A stretch of DNA of 64,000 bases from contig JBHGNT010000002.1 in NCBI GenBank assembly GCA_043228905.1, positions 806,001 through 870,000 of the forward strand. The letters run 5' to 3'. Position numbers and translations under genes: made by a program. The DNA is from Azolla caroliniana (Eukaryota > Plantae > Polypodiophyta). The notes beneath the pieces were generated by a model. It was not told the DNA's origin. It searched no databases and saw only the letters and a list, made by a program, of their open reading frames with translations. This document shows positions 1 through 13,121 of the stretch, in pieces; within the stretch, counting starts at the first letter, position 1, and each line of letters starts with the position of its first letter.

Positions 1-1925
1 AGATGAATTCGTCTACAGGCTATGGGACCTAGTCGACAAGAAGGTAGTGAGAAGTCGGGATGTAGTCTTTCTAGAAGACAAGACGATTGAAGACTGGAAG
101 CAACAGAAGTCGGAATTGACTCCCCAGTCAACCCCGACTACCATCAACTTAAGGCCAAGTGAGTCGTCACCGACAGCTGTAAGGAGACAGCTGGCCGACA
201 GAGCCAAATCCGAGTCGGTAGACTCGGAGAGACCGACTAACTATGAGTCAGAGTCAGCAAAGATGCAAAGGTCAATTAATGAATATGAGTTGGAATTACC
301 CAACCAGGAGAGGCCGATTGACGAGCAGAATCCCAAGCAGAGAGAAGAGTTGGCAAAGACATCCGAAAGAGAGCCAACAACAAGTGGAAGAAGATACCCA
401 CTCAAAGAAAGGAAAGCACCGACTACATATGTCAGTCAATACATCCTCTTGACTGATGAAGGTGAACCGGAGTGCTACAAAGAAGCCATTGCCGATGAGC
501 ACAAAGAGAAATGGCTGAGCGCGATGCAAGATGAGATGAAATCCTTGCACGAGAACTACACCTACGACCTAGTAGAGCTGTTGAAAGGTAAGAGAGCACT
601 CAAGAATAAGTGGGTCTACAAGGTGAAGACTAGAGAAGCCGACAATGAGCCCAGGTATAAAACCCATGTAGTGGTGAAGGGTTTCCAATAGAAGAAGGGT
701 GTCAACTTTGACGAAATATTCGTTCCGGTCATTAAGATGACAGCATGGACCTGGAGATCGAACTGTTGGATGTCAAAACCGCATTTCTGCACGGCGAGCT
801 AGAAGAAGAAATCTATATGCAACAACCCGAAGGCTTTGAGGAGAAAGGGAAAGAGAATCTGGTGTGTCGACTGAAGAAAAGCTTGTACGGTCTGAAACAA
901 GCTCCACGCCAATGGTACAAGAAGTTCAAGTCCTTCACGATGGAACACCGGTTCTAGAAAATACAGGTTGATCACTGTGTGTTCGTCAAAAGGTATGAAG
1001 AAGGAGACTTCTTGATTCTCTTGCTATATGTCGATGCCATGTTGATAGTTGGTCAAGATACAAGGAAGATTGGAAGCTTGAAGAAAGCTCTCGGCAAATC
1101 ATTTTCCATTAAAGACCTTGGACCGGCTAATCAGATCTTAGGAATGCACATAGTTCGAGACAGAACTCAAAAGGTGCTATGGTTATCACAACAGAAGTAT
1201 GTGACAAAGATCCTAGAGAGATTTAACATGTCAGATGCAAAGCCAGTCGGCTCAATGTTGCCAACAAATTGCAGATTGAATGCGAAGCAGTGCCCGAAAG
1301 GGGAGAAGGAAAAAGCCGAGATGAGGAAGGTTCCATATGCCTCAGCTGTTGGCAGTCTAATGTATGCTATGGTCTGTACGAGACTAGACATAACATTTGT
1401 TGTAGGAGCAGTAAGCCGATACATGAGTAATCCAAGGAGAGAACATTGGGCAACAGTGAAGTAGATACTCTGGTACTTAAAGGGCACCTCGAGGGTGTGT
1501 TGGAAGGTTTTAACGACTCGAACATGTCGGGAGATATCGACTCAAGCCGATCCACATCAAGATACGCGATGACCTATGTAGGGGGAGTAGTGTCATGACA
1601 GTCACGACTGCAGAAGTCTGTAGCTTTGTCGACTACATAGGTAGTAGTAGAGGCCGGCAAAGAGATGATCTGGATGAGAAGTTTTCTCACCGAATTAGGG
1701 ATGAAGCAAAAGGAGCTCTTGCTTCACTGTGATAGCCAGAGTGCCATACATCTTGCCAAGAATGTTGCAGACCACTCCCAGACCAAGCATATACAAAGAA
1801 GGTATCACTGGTTGTGGGAAGGAGAGTTTTCCTTGGTGAAGATCCATACAGACGACAATGGATCCGACATGTTGACGAAGAACCTACCTATGGACAAACT
1901 CAGAGTTTGTCAACAGAAGACATGA
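1..1925 (+). pseudogene. Degenerate Copia pol (IN C-terminus, RT, RNase H) of element A
   Basis: ORF fragments 47-691, 745-957, 979-1464 and 1665-1925 carry Copia RT/RH motifs; the YVDD motif reads YVDA. Confidence 0.93.
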
Positions 1926-1962
1926 CTCATTGACCTCCTCCCATAGGAGTGAAGGGGGAGTT

Positions 1963-2598
1963 TGTTGGGAATATGTCCCTCTAGTGGGAGGAGGAACTGA
2001 CTGTCTAGATGTTGCTGACAGTCAATGACTACGAGGAGCCGACTGATTGAACCAAGGAGTGCCGACAGTCGAAGATAGGGAAGATCTGACTGTTCGGAAA
2101 GTCGACAGTCGAAGAGTCGAAAATAGTGAGTCGACTGTTTGATAGTTCGACTATTATTATTATAGCAACAATAATAATGACACGTAGTAGAGGCTACATT
2201 TGTAAATAGCCCATATAGTGTATAAGTATAAATACACTTAGGGCAAAATGAGGAAAGAAGAAAAACAGAGAGGATAGACGAGATTGGTAGAACAGAAGTA
2301 GCGAGCGTGAGAGATAGAGAGAGTGAGTGAGAGCGGCGCCATAGCTGTGTGCGTAACAGCAGACGCCAAGAGCCCTGTGTGGCTGATACACTGGAAGGAG
2401 TGTTGTAACATTTTGTGTTGTATATCCACTATACATAGTAAAGCTCTGTTCCCGTGGTTTTCTCCCGTTTTTTTAGGGTTTCCACGTTAAATCTTTGTGC
2501 ACCATTGTTGTCCTGTTTTTTTTCTTTCCTTGGCATATCTGTGATTCGTATTTCAACACAGTTCGTTTATTGTGATTTGACCGAACGATTTCTCAACA
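1963..2598 (+). repeat. 3' LTR of Copia A (636 bp)
   Basis: Termini TGTTGGGAA...TTCTCAACA, directly after the PPT. TATAAATA near 2228 and a TCCCGTGGTTTT...TTTCCACGTTAAAT U5-type motif; similar to the LTR at 8779-9375. Confidence 0.92.
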
Positions 2599-5500
2599 CA
2601 TAGTTTGTGCAACAACAATTCGGAAATGCTCGTTGTTATGGGGACTTTCATCCAATCCCATGTTTCAATTAGCTATAATCTTAGCTTTAACTCATGCTAA
2701 TTCTTTGAATAAACGTAATTCTTGTATGTTATGGAAGAAAAGTACGATATATCGAGATGATTGTGTATGAATACACATGAATGGAAGAGGCTTTATTCAT
2801 AATTAAAGCAAAAGACATTTGCATTTCATTGTGTTCAATATAGTCAATTTGGACACTTATTATGGGTTGATGTCATATATGTCTTTGTCAATGATGATCC
2901 TTACAAAAGAGGTTAGGGAGGGAGGAGGTGGGAAATATGTTGGATTGATATTTGTTGATATCATTGTGGATGAAGGTACATCTAATGGGGTGAAGGATAA
3001 TCAAGTTCAATGTCTCGTCCTAGTTATAGATACAAATGTCAAGCAATTTCATGTCAAAATAACATAACTTTATGGAGAAAGAATGACATCACATGAAAGG
3101 AAAGATGAAAGGGAGTGGACTTAAAAAGCAAAGCATGGAATCAAGTATACTACTTGTGGTGGTTTATGATCACACGGTGGTTTAACACAAAGGGAGGGTA
3201 TTACGAATGATATTGGGCAACGAAAACCTTGAGATAATGAATAGTCTGATCAATTGTGATTTGGCTCTTCAACTAAGGTTGTATGTCCATTCATTGTTCA
3301 AGGGTCTCACCCTATAGGAGCCTAGACAAAAGCTCTTTATAGAAAAGCATCAAGGAGGCACTACATGCACATTCTTATGCAATATTGAAAAATGCACTAA
3401 TTATTGCCAAAGAACAAACACTAAAACAAGCTACTTGCATGAAAGGGATGTCATGAAATACGAGATGGACATGTTCTCCATATAAGAAATATACTTCATG
3501 GCAAACCTTGAGTAGAGAATGGGATATATTGTGTATTGTGGAACGTAAGTATTATTGGGTGATGGGATCCATAATCCATTACATTCTTCATTTCCCATTC
3601 AACACTAACTAGGGCCATATATTCATTGAACCTAGCTAAGGTAGAATTGGGCTTTGGGCCGTGGGAAAGGAGAAACAAATAAAAGAAAGTAGATGGGCAA
3701 TTCTCTACTACCATTGGTAAGTTGAAGAGAATGGGAAAGAAGAAGGGGTAGCACGTTTGTTGCTTCGCCAACACTAACATTGCAACTATTACTAAAGTTT
3801 TTGAACTCAAGAGCGAATAAGAGCTACAAAAGTGACATTTATAGCTTTTTACGACAAGGTATGGGCTCTCTCACATTGGAGTGGCCTTTGGCCTAGAGGT
3901 TTGAAAGGAGATTTGTTCTAATTCTCCTTTTCTCTAATGTTTTGTTGAGCTCAATGCCGATGTTGATGCCGATGTCTTCATGAATCATGTTATGCAAAAC
4001 AAAAACTTAACACCTTATGTTTCCCAAATACCCTTTAATTTTCAACAAAGATTATAGCGCATGGACAACTACCTATTAAATCCTAAAGTATTTCTTTGCC
4101 CTCCCAAATTATAAATCAATTTATAAACATGCAACATGTACACAATCACAAATACACACAAACAATTGCAAATGCACTTGAATACATGTAGGTACATAAA
4201 TACAAATACACGTAGGCAAAATAAATACACAAATACGTGTAGGCACATAAATACACAATGCACATATGCATGCAAATGCAAGGATACATGCACACATAAA
4301 AAAGTTTAATTACATATGCATTCATGCACATTTGCACAAGTGTGAGCTCATAGCAACAAAAGGTACTTCCTTGGGGCTCATAGCCATTATTTACATTTGC
4401 AAGCACACTCATAAGAATCATTCATATATGCAAGCACACATACATGCACACAAAAGTGAGAGTGTGCAAACAGTTAACTAAACACAACTTTCTTGTGAAA
4501 ATTGAAGACAAAGTTTGACAAAATGTTTCCACGTGCATTGTCACCAAGCATTAACACGTTGCTCTCACACATAGTGCATGTTCAAAAGATATTCGTGTGA
4601 ATTGGAACAAGAAGTTCAACTTGAAGAAGACGAAGAGGTGTCGTTAAAACTATCTTTTTCAACCCTCCATTGACAACACCATAATTAAAGTGATCTTCCT
4701 GTTGCTTGATTTATGTCCTCATTGGTTTGACTTTGCATTCACATGTGCATGTGCATTTCCATGACAATGACATGTGGAATCTTAATATCATCTCCCATGT
4801 TGACTTGAGCACGGGAAATAATTGATAGATGTGTGTAAATCATTGCTTAAATGGCCCCATTGCAAATTATTCTTTCACGAAACAAATCTTTATGGCCTTT
4901 TTGGAGCATGTTTACATAATTGAATCAAGGAATATAACATAAAAAAATATTAATTTCGTTCGTTGGATGAGCATGTTAACTACAATTTGACAATTATGAC
5001 ATTTACTCAAGCTATACTCACAAATCCTCCCAAGGTGTGATACCTTACTAGTCTATATGAGAGATTTTTTATATACAACATCAAATTCGAATTATTACAC
5101 ATCACTTGTAGTGTAAAAGTTATCAAAGCACCAAATTGTGATAACTGGGATATGGGCTTATAAGTTAATCAATATAACCTTTGTTTTTTCATGTTCTGCC
5201 TCTTACTTTTGCTCGATATGATGTGGGACAATTAAGGTTAAGGCATCATGGTGACAATTTCTCAACAGGAGCATTCCTCTGATACTCAATACATGCCAGG
5301 GAGTTGGTAAGAAGCTTTGTCATCTTTTGGATGGACACCATCGAATAATATAGAGCAATGTAACTCATTGCAAAAGGAATTACTAGTTTATTGTTTATTG
5401 TTAAACACATAGTGAAAGAAAAATTTCAGATCTCAATTCAATTGCTTGTTTTAGCGAGGATTTGTTGAAGTGGTTGGTGTAGTTGATATTGAATCTCAAT

Positions 5501-5639
5501 GGTTGCTTATAGTTTAATGATGATGCTAAACATGGTTATTTATTCCATCAATTTAAAGTTTCATACAATAGACCTTGCAAAACACGGTCTTGTTACGAAG
5601 ATGTTTGCCTACGAAGACAAAGCATCAACCTTGGTCAAG

Positions 5640-5811
5640 TCTTAATACATTGCATCATCATTCCATGGCTCTATCACCATTTCAATCCAGGGTGTTCATT
5701 TTGGGATTGATAATTTCCTCAACCCTTAAGAGGCGAGGGTTGGCATCAGACACATGCTTCTTATGTACAATGCAATTGGAAGATAATATCCATCGATTCG
5801 TTCAATGCCCT
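5640..5811 (+). pseudogene. Relic of an L1-type LINE ORF2 C-terminal zinc finger (zf-RVT-like), interrupted by Copia B
   Basis: Translation LKRRGLASDTCFLCTMQLEDNIHRFVQCP fits the LxxRG...CxxC...ExxxHxFxxCP pattern and ends exactly at the Copia B insertion site. The upstream 3-5.6 kb region may be more of the same decayed LINE, but this cannot be confirmed by eye. Confidence 0.55.
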
Positions 5812-5886
5812 TGTAAAGAGTGTGAGACGTAGGGATGTTGTGCAACGGAAGCGAGTTATGCGTATGTGTGTGTGAGTGCACATAAG

Positions 5887-5927
<41 letters not shown>

Positions 5928-6112
5928 AGCAAGAAGTTGTATTAGTAAAAAGATAGATTACATCCAACAGTAACTAAGTTACAAAGAATGGTTTAAATAC
6001 CAACTAGTCTAGGGCAAGTGCCCTTTCTACCAATTACAAAACTAGCCTAGTATACTGTCCATTGACTAGTGTGAACACTATATCTATGGGAAGTTGAGTT
6101 TGATTCTCAACA
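5812..6112 (-). repeat. 3' LTR of Copia B (301 bp, contains (GA)n)
   Basis: TGTAAAGAG...TTCTCAACA; aligns along its length with 23989-24277. Confidence 0.93.
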
Positions 6113-6350
6113 CACCCCTTCGAACACAACTTACGGATGCCGAAAAGTCGGTTTGGTTCGATCCTAAAAAAACTTCGATTCGGCTTAATCGACTTTGGTT
6201 TTCGAGTTGTTTCGGTTGTTCGGCTCTATTGCACAAATGGTCAGTCAAAATCGGTTTTGACTGCTCGATTGATTCGTACTCCTTGTTCAGCTCTATTTTC
6301 ATTGTACTTCGACTCCTTTGGTTGACTATTGTACTCCCAGTCAAGTGCGG

Positions 6351-7326
6351 CTAGTCGGTGATTGAGAGACCAAGGTTTGACGCAAACTGCCACAACTTGT
6401 CGATACCCAGGGCTTTTGTGAAGATGTCGGCCACTTGAAGATTCGTACTGATGTGTTGTGAATCGACATCTCCAGCTTGAACACGCTCTCAGATGAAGTG
6501 GTAGTGCACTTCAATATGCTTAGTCGGCGCGTGGAATACAGGGTTCTGAGCCAGGTAGATATTGCTCATGTTGTCGTAGTATAGGAGAATCGGATCGTTG
6601 ATGGGAATGCCCAGATCCTTCAATATGGGCTTTAGCCAGATGGCCTCGCATGCGGCGACTACTGCGCCCCTTTATTCGGCTTCCATGCTTGGTAGTGGGA
6701 TTGTCGGTTGTTTTTTGTTGCTCCAGGAGATCATTCCATTGCTGAGGGAGAAGACGAATTCGGATGTGGATCGTCAATAAGCTTTGTAACTAGCCCAAAT
6801 CTGCATATGTGTACCCTTCGGGTCAAATGATTGTATCTGACTTATACATGATACCTAAGTCCATCGTCCTACGGACATACCGAAGTACTCTCTTAGCTTA
6901 ATCAAGATGAACAAATTGAGGCTTCTGCATGAATTGGCTATGTAGACCAGCCAAATAGCTGAGGTCGAGTCATGTGATAGTTAGATAGATTAAGTTGTCA
7001 ATTAGTTGACGATACTAAGTCGGCTCACAATCTTCTATTCTTGAATCGGCATCGAGCTTGAGGTTTGGATCGAGAGGGGTAGTCACACATTTGCACTCAG
7101 TCATCTCGAACTTGTAAAGTAAGTTAAGGATGTAGTGTCATTGAGAGATCAATATCCTGAATGGTGTCCGAATTATTTCGATACATACGAGGTAATGGAG
7201 CTCAGTCATCTCGAACTTGTAAAGTAAGTTAAGGATGTAGTGTCATTGAGAGATCAATATCCTGAATGGTGTCCGAATTATTTCGATACATACGAGGTAA
7301 TGGAGCTCGTGCATATCTTTAATTTT
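6351..7326 (-). pseudogene. Degenerate RT C-terminal half and RNase H of Copia B
   Basis: The minus-strand frame ends ...LQVADIFTKALGIDKLWQFASNLGLSITD*; many stops; contains a 105-bp tandem duplication. Confidence 0.85.
7096..7305. repeat. Tandem duplication, 2 x 105 bp
   Basis: 7096-7200 equals 7201-7305; CTC microhomology at the junctions. Confidence 0.95.
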
Positions 7327-8778
7327 TGTTGAGAGACAAGCTCAACATCAGCCGGATTGGCTGAAGAAGCCGAGGACCGGATCAGTTGGGACCGATCGGT
7401 TAGGCTGAATGCGTAAACCGGTACGTAGACCGGTGCGTAGGTAGGGCCGGATCGGTGCGTAAACCGGGAGGCCGTTAGGAAAGATATTCCGTGAGGAATA
7501 TATTTGGGAGTTAGTGTAGGATCTCTTAATGAGCATTGAAGTACTGTCAGTACTTCTGTCAGTCTTTCTAGGACTTGTATAAAAGTGTTCATTGAACACA
7601 CATGTGTATAGAGTAGTGAATAGTTCTTGTGTTTTCTCTCTCTCTGTCTCTCCCGCGTATACTGCATAAGCTCAAGCTCTCCATTAAACCTAAGTTTTCT
7701 TACTTCTGTTCGGTCTTCATACTTGCTTCCGCACGTTACTTTTTACATGGTATCAGAGCGCGAGGGTTGAGAACCTCTCTACAGCCGACACAGCTTGACG
7801 AAGAAGAACAAGAGGAACGATGGATAGAGGCATGGCGAGCTCGCTTCCAACAGAGAAGCTCGACAGAACCAACTACGCGTCTTGGTCCTACAAGATGCAC
7901 TAGTACCTGCTCAGGCACGACTACTGGAGTTATGTCGAAGGAGCTAATGACGCGGCACCCGAATCGACACACAGAGACTTCCCTTCGTGGGAGCAATCGG
8001 CGAGCAGGGTATTATATTGCTTCGCGTCGTGTGTGGGCGAACAACTATTGAGCTATGTTCGGGATGCAAAGACGCCGAAGGGTGCGTGGGAAAATCTGAA
8101 GAAGATTTTTGCCGCGAGCACCACAACCAGGAAGCTTAAGCTCCGATAGGAGTTGAGCAACCTACGACAACGCGACTTGTCGGTGGTGGACTATACCTCG
8201 AAGATCAAGGATATCTGCGACTCCCTCGCCTCCATAGAGGTGAACATTGAGGAGAGCGAGATGGTCCAGATCTGTCTCGGAGGTTTGGCGTCGAAGTTCG
8301 GAGCGTTCCGAACGGCTGTGTGTACCCGGGAGAATACGCCGTCCTTTTTTGATTTACAGTAAATGCTCCTGGTAGAGGAGAACCACACGGGTGCGTCCAC
8401 AAGCACACACACTGACAGCAGAATGTTGTACACAGAGGGAGATAGGCCTCGTGGACATGGAGGATGAGGCGAGTCGGCGCGTAATGGAGGCGGCCGACAA
8501 GATCAAGGAAGAAGGCACCGAAGTGATGCCGACAGCAACTCCGGACGCTCCGGAAACAGGGGGAGTCGAAGCGATGAGAACCGGTAAGGGAAGGCCATCG
8601 CGGAGTGCTGGTACTGTGGCAAGAAAAGCCACAGGGAAAGTGAGTGCTGGAAGAAGTGCGCCGATTCGGAGAGAACCGGTTCCGGAAACGGCTCCGGACA
8701 TACCGATAAGGGAAATCAGCAGCGATCGCACTACGCTGAAGACTCCGGGAGAGCCAGAGAAGGGTCTGCCTTCGTGCG
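7327..8778 (+). mobile_element. Ty1/Copia element C: 5' LTR, PBS and gag only (rest deleted); inserted in the RT of B
   Basis: LTR TGTTGAGAG...TTTTACA at 7327-7747. Perfect iMet PBS TGGTATCAGAGC at 7748-7759. Gag from ATG 7832 (MASSLPTEKLDRTNYASWSYKMH*) with zinc knuckle CWYCGKKSHRESEC near 8606. Gag resembles that of B. Confidence 0.9.
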
Positions 8779-9375
8779 TGTTAGGAATATGTCCCTCCAA
8801 TGGGAGGAGTCGACTGATCGGATGAGAGTCGACGGTTGAGGAGTCGACTCAAATAGAGTTGATCGAGGTCGAAGACACGACTGGCTAGTCAGACCGAACC
8901 GACAGTCGACGGATGAGTCGGTTGATTAGTAAGACTATTATTAATATTAGATAATAATAGGAATGACAGTAGCAATAGCTACATTTGTAAATAGCCCACA
9001 CAAGGCATAAGTAAAAATACACATAGGGCAAACAGTGCAATGCAGTAGAACAAAATAGTGTGTGTGTGTGCCTCTGTAACATAGTGTGATAGAGAAGAGA
9101 GAGAGGGTGTGAGCATGAGAGAGAGTGGCAACAAAGTTCAACGAACTTGCTAAGAACCCTAAGTGGATTATCCTCTGTGTGTGTCATAGAAGATTGTAAC
9201 CGTTTTTCTTGTACTCTCTTGTGTATAGTGGAATCTTTGTTCCCGTGGTTTTCATGTTTTAGGGTTTCCATGTTAAATCTGTGTACATTGTTTTCAGTGT
9301 GCTTTTAGAGTTGTGAGTTGTGTATTTTCAGCATATTCCTTTTTTTCTTGTCAATTGACGATTCGTTTCTCAACA
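8779..9375 (+). repeat. 5' LTR of Copia D (597 bp)
   Basis: TG...CA termini followed by the PBS; matches 15433-15534 and 22263-22620. Confidence 0.93.
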
Positions 9376-10406
9376 AATTGGTATCAGATCTTGAGGTGCA
9401 AGCATGGAAGGAGGTGTGAGTGGCTTCCCAAGAATGATAGTTCTAAACTCTCAAAACTATGCAGACTGGAAGATAAAGCTGGAGGACCTTCTCATAGACA
9501 AAGACCTGTACGAGCCGATCGACAGAGCAGTAATACCCACGGGGGTATTAGAGTCGGAATGGAACTTCTTAACAAAAAGGCGGTGGCCACCATCCAACAA
9601 TGTGTCGATGTAAGTGTCCTTCAGCATGTTGTGAACGACACAAATGCCCACGAGATGTGGCAGAAGCTGTTAGGTCTATATGAGAGGAAGAACGCCCTTA
9701 ATAAAACCTCACTGATGAGAAAGATCATACGGCTGAAATACAAAGACGGTGAGAGCATCGTCGAACACATCAACACATTCATGGGGTATGTAAATCAACT
9801 TGTTGCAACCAAGTTTCCCCTTGATGATGTTATGTAGGCCATCCTGCTGATGTGCACACTACTGGATAGCTGGGAGAACCTGGTGGTTACTCCCAGGACC
9901 TCCTATCAAGAAGAGAACTTGTCTTTACAAGAGGTGAAGACGAGCATCCTGAACGAGGAAACGAGAAGGACAAGGGTGTCCTTGTCCAGTCGGAGTTAAA
10001 TTTGACTCAACACATCGGTAGAGGAAAGAACCGTCAAAGAAGCCCACCAAGGAGGGAAAAGTCTCAAGCCAAGTCAAAGTCCAGAGGAAAGCTCGTGTGC
10101 TTTTATTGTGGAAAACCTAGACATTTCCATAAGGACTACTGACACCTTAAATGGGAGAATAGTGTTGGTAATAATGTTGAACCGAGGAAGATTCTTGAAT
10201 AAAAGTACACTTCAGCCATTGCTATGAGCAATGAAGAACTTTTGTTCATTTGTGAACAGACAAGTGCAAATCTTGCAAGCGAAGAATGCAATAGGGTAAT
10301 CGACTCTAGTGCATCCTTCCACATAACTCCGTCGAGAGAGTATTTCTTGACTTACATAGCCGGTGATCATGGTTATGTAAAGATGGGTGACAGTGGGGAG
10401 TGCAAA

Positions 10407-10707
10407 ATAGTAGGGATCAGAAGTGTCTGCATGACGACGTCGATAGGGTGTCGACTGACTCTGAAGGATGTTCCACACATCCCCGATATCAGATTGAATC
10501 TGATATCGACTGGAATATTGGACGACGAAAGCTACAATGGTAGTTTTCGGAATCCACTGGATAACAGGAATTGGAAGTGTCTACATGACGACGTCGACAG
10601 GGTGTCAATTGACTCTGAAGGATGTTCCACACATCCCCGATATCATATTGAATCTGATATCGACTGGAAGATTGGACGACGAAGGCTACAATAGAAGTTT
10701 TCGGAAT
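10407..10707. repeat. Diverged tandem duplication (about 147 bp x2, 7-bp filler) in the protease region of D
   Basis: 10407-10553 resembles 10561-10707; the copies are separated by CCACTGG. Confidence 0.85.
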
Positions 10708-12433
10708 GACAAGTGGAAGTTCTGCCGAGGAAATATTATAGTGGCATGAGCACAGAAGGAAGGCACATTGTATACGATGCAAGCCCGATTGAGCAAGTTG
10801 GAAGTGAATGTGGCAGCTAACTCGACATGACAGATATGGCATAAGAGGCTAGGCCATATGAGTTAGAAGAGTCTGCATTTGTTGGCCGACCAAAAGCTTC
10901 TATATGAAGTAAAGGGAGTGCACCTTGAGAAATGTGTCAACTGTTTAGTCGAAAAGCAGAATAGAGCAGCACTCCACACAAGGCCACTGAGAAGAAGAGA
11001 AGTTATACTAGAATTGGTACACACGGATGTGTGTTATGTAGATGCTCAGTCGCATCGAGGTGGACAATACTTTGTGACTTTCATTGACGACTACAGCCAG
11101 AAGTTGTGGGATTTCGTACTAAAGTCAAAAGATCAAGTACTGTGATTTTTCAAGGAGTTCTAGGCAAGAGCTGAACAAGAGTTAGGTCGGAAGTTGAAGG
11201 TTGTTTGAACTGACAATGGTGGCGAATATAAAGGGCAGTTCGAGGAATAATGCAAGGCCCAAGGTATTTGAATCGAATACACAGTACCAAAGACCCCTGA
11301 GTTGAACGGGCTTGCAGAGAGGATGAACCAGACAATCATGGAGAGAGTAAGGAGTATGCCATCGCATGCTAAATTACTGAAAATATATTGGGCTGAGGAA
11401 ATGTACACGGTTGTTTATCTTATCAACAAGTCCCCCTCAGTACCATTGAAGGGTGATGTTCCACGGAGGGCGTGGACAGGAAAGGATGTCTCCTACCGAC
11501 ACTTGAGGGTGTTCGGATGTCTGGCATATATGCATGTTGCTAAGGATCAGAGGTCGAAGCTCGACAATAAGTCAAAAGCATGCATATTCATGGGATACTC
11601 GGAAGATGAGTTTGGCTATAGGCTATGGGACCTAGTCGATAAGAAAGTAGTGAGGAGTCGGTATGTAATCTTCTTGGAAGACAAGACAATTGAGGACTGG
11701 AAACAACAAAAGTCGGAATCGACTAACCAATCAACCTCCACTATCAAGTTTCAACTTGAGGCCAAATTAACCGACACAATCAATTGTTCAGAGATAGCTA
11801 TTCGGCACACCTGAATTCGAGTCGATTGACTCGGAGAGACCGACCAATTATGATTCTGAGTTGGCAGAGCTGTTAAGATCGATTGAGGAATATGAGTTGG
11901 AGTCGCCCAATATTGAGAAGTTGATCGACATACATGAACCTGACCCAAGAGTAGAGTTGGCAGAAACATCCGAATTGAAGCCGACAATGAGTGGAAGGAG
12001 ATACCCATTCAGACAAAGGAGGGCACCGACAACATATGACAATCGATACATCCTCTTGACTGATGAAGGTGAACCAGAGTGCTATGATGAAGCCATTGCC
12101 GACGAGCATAGAGAGGAATGGCTAAGCGCGATGCAAGATGAGATGGTCTCCTTGCACAAAAACTACACCTACAACTTGGTAGAATTACCGAAAGTTAGGA
12201 GAGCACTCAGGAACAAATGGGTCTACAAAGGTGAAGACTGGAGAAGTTGACAATGCGCCTAGGTATAAAGCCCGCATTGTGGTGAAGGGTTTCCAATAGA
12301 AAAAGGGCATCGACTTCGACGAAATATTCACCCCAGTCGTGAAGATGACATCCATTAGAACTATTCTCAACATAGGTGCCAATATGGATATGGAGATCAA
12401 ACAGTTGGATGTTAAGACAACATTCTTGCACGG

Positions 12434-13081
12434 TGTCACGTTTCTACACGCGTGCGTGGAGAATCGAGGCGGGACCACCGGGGTCTTGAACCGAAGAGCA
12501 GGTGATAGAAGGGGAAAGAGAAAGAGAGAGACGCCCGGTTACGTATGAGCAAAGAAACACAGGGACACGACCCGTCAACGCGGAAGACACGAATGGACAC
12601 AGAGACAGAGAGACACGAATGTTTGTATATTAATGAATGACAAGTAAACAACAGAGCACGCGAGCGGTTACAACTGAACAGGCCGACGAACAGATGCCGA
12701 TGCCTGCTCGTCTGCACACGAAAGGGGTAGGATGGAGGTGCTGCCAGAAGCACACGGGCGTTACTCGAAGCAGCGCGAGCCTCCCTAAAAGCTGTAGAGA
12801 AGAGCGATGGAGAACGAATAGAGGAGAAGCGTTCGGTTTCGGTCCGACAACACTTCGTCCTCCTCAATGCGCTATCCCTCTCCTCCGCGTCTCCCTCTCT
12901 TTTATAGCTTCAAGAAGGGAGCCGTTTCCCTCATTAACTTCCTACCTACCGAATCTAACTATCTAGGATATACCTTTGTACCTAATTCGCTATTATATAC
13001 ATTAAAGGACGCACACGCGTGAAGAGCCGGTTCACGCGCGTTATGCACCGATTGCACTAAGGGACGGTTTCCTTCACGACA
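12434..13081 (-). mobile_element. Solo LTR (648 bp) inserted in the RT of D, 4-bp TSD
   Basis: TGTCACG...CACGACA termini flanked by ACGG/ACGG. Removing it restores TTC TTG CAC GGG GAG CTG (FLHGEL). TATAAAA on the minus strand near 12900 suggests the orientation. Confidence 0.85.
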
Positions 13082-13121
13082 ACGGGGAGCTGGGTGAAGA
13101 GATTTACATGCAGCTGCCCAA

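Larger units (their letters stand above)
1..2598 (+). mobile_element. Ty1/Copia LTR retrotransposon A (Tnt1/Tork-like), 3' part; 5' part lies outside the window
   Basis: Integrase C-terminus, RT ([43 protein letters not shown]) and RNase H (LHCDSQSAIHLAKN, SDMLTK), broken by stops and frameshifts. PPT GGAGTGAAGGGGGAG at 1946-1960, then the LTR. Confidence 0.95.

Noticed and set aside
4069-4481. Cys/Val/His-rich short ORFs
   Set aside because: Translations of low-complexity (CA/TG/AT) sequence. The same applies to the SLSLSL, ERERER and THTHTH ORFs over microsatellites elsewhere.
7629-8825. ORFs 7629-8051, 8354-8800 and 8391-8825 as host genes
   Set aside because: They are alternative frames or the antisense of the GC-rich degenerate gag of Copia C.
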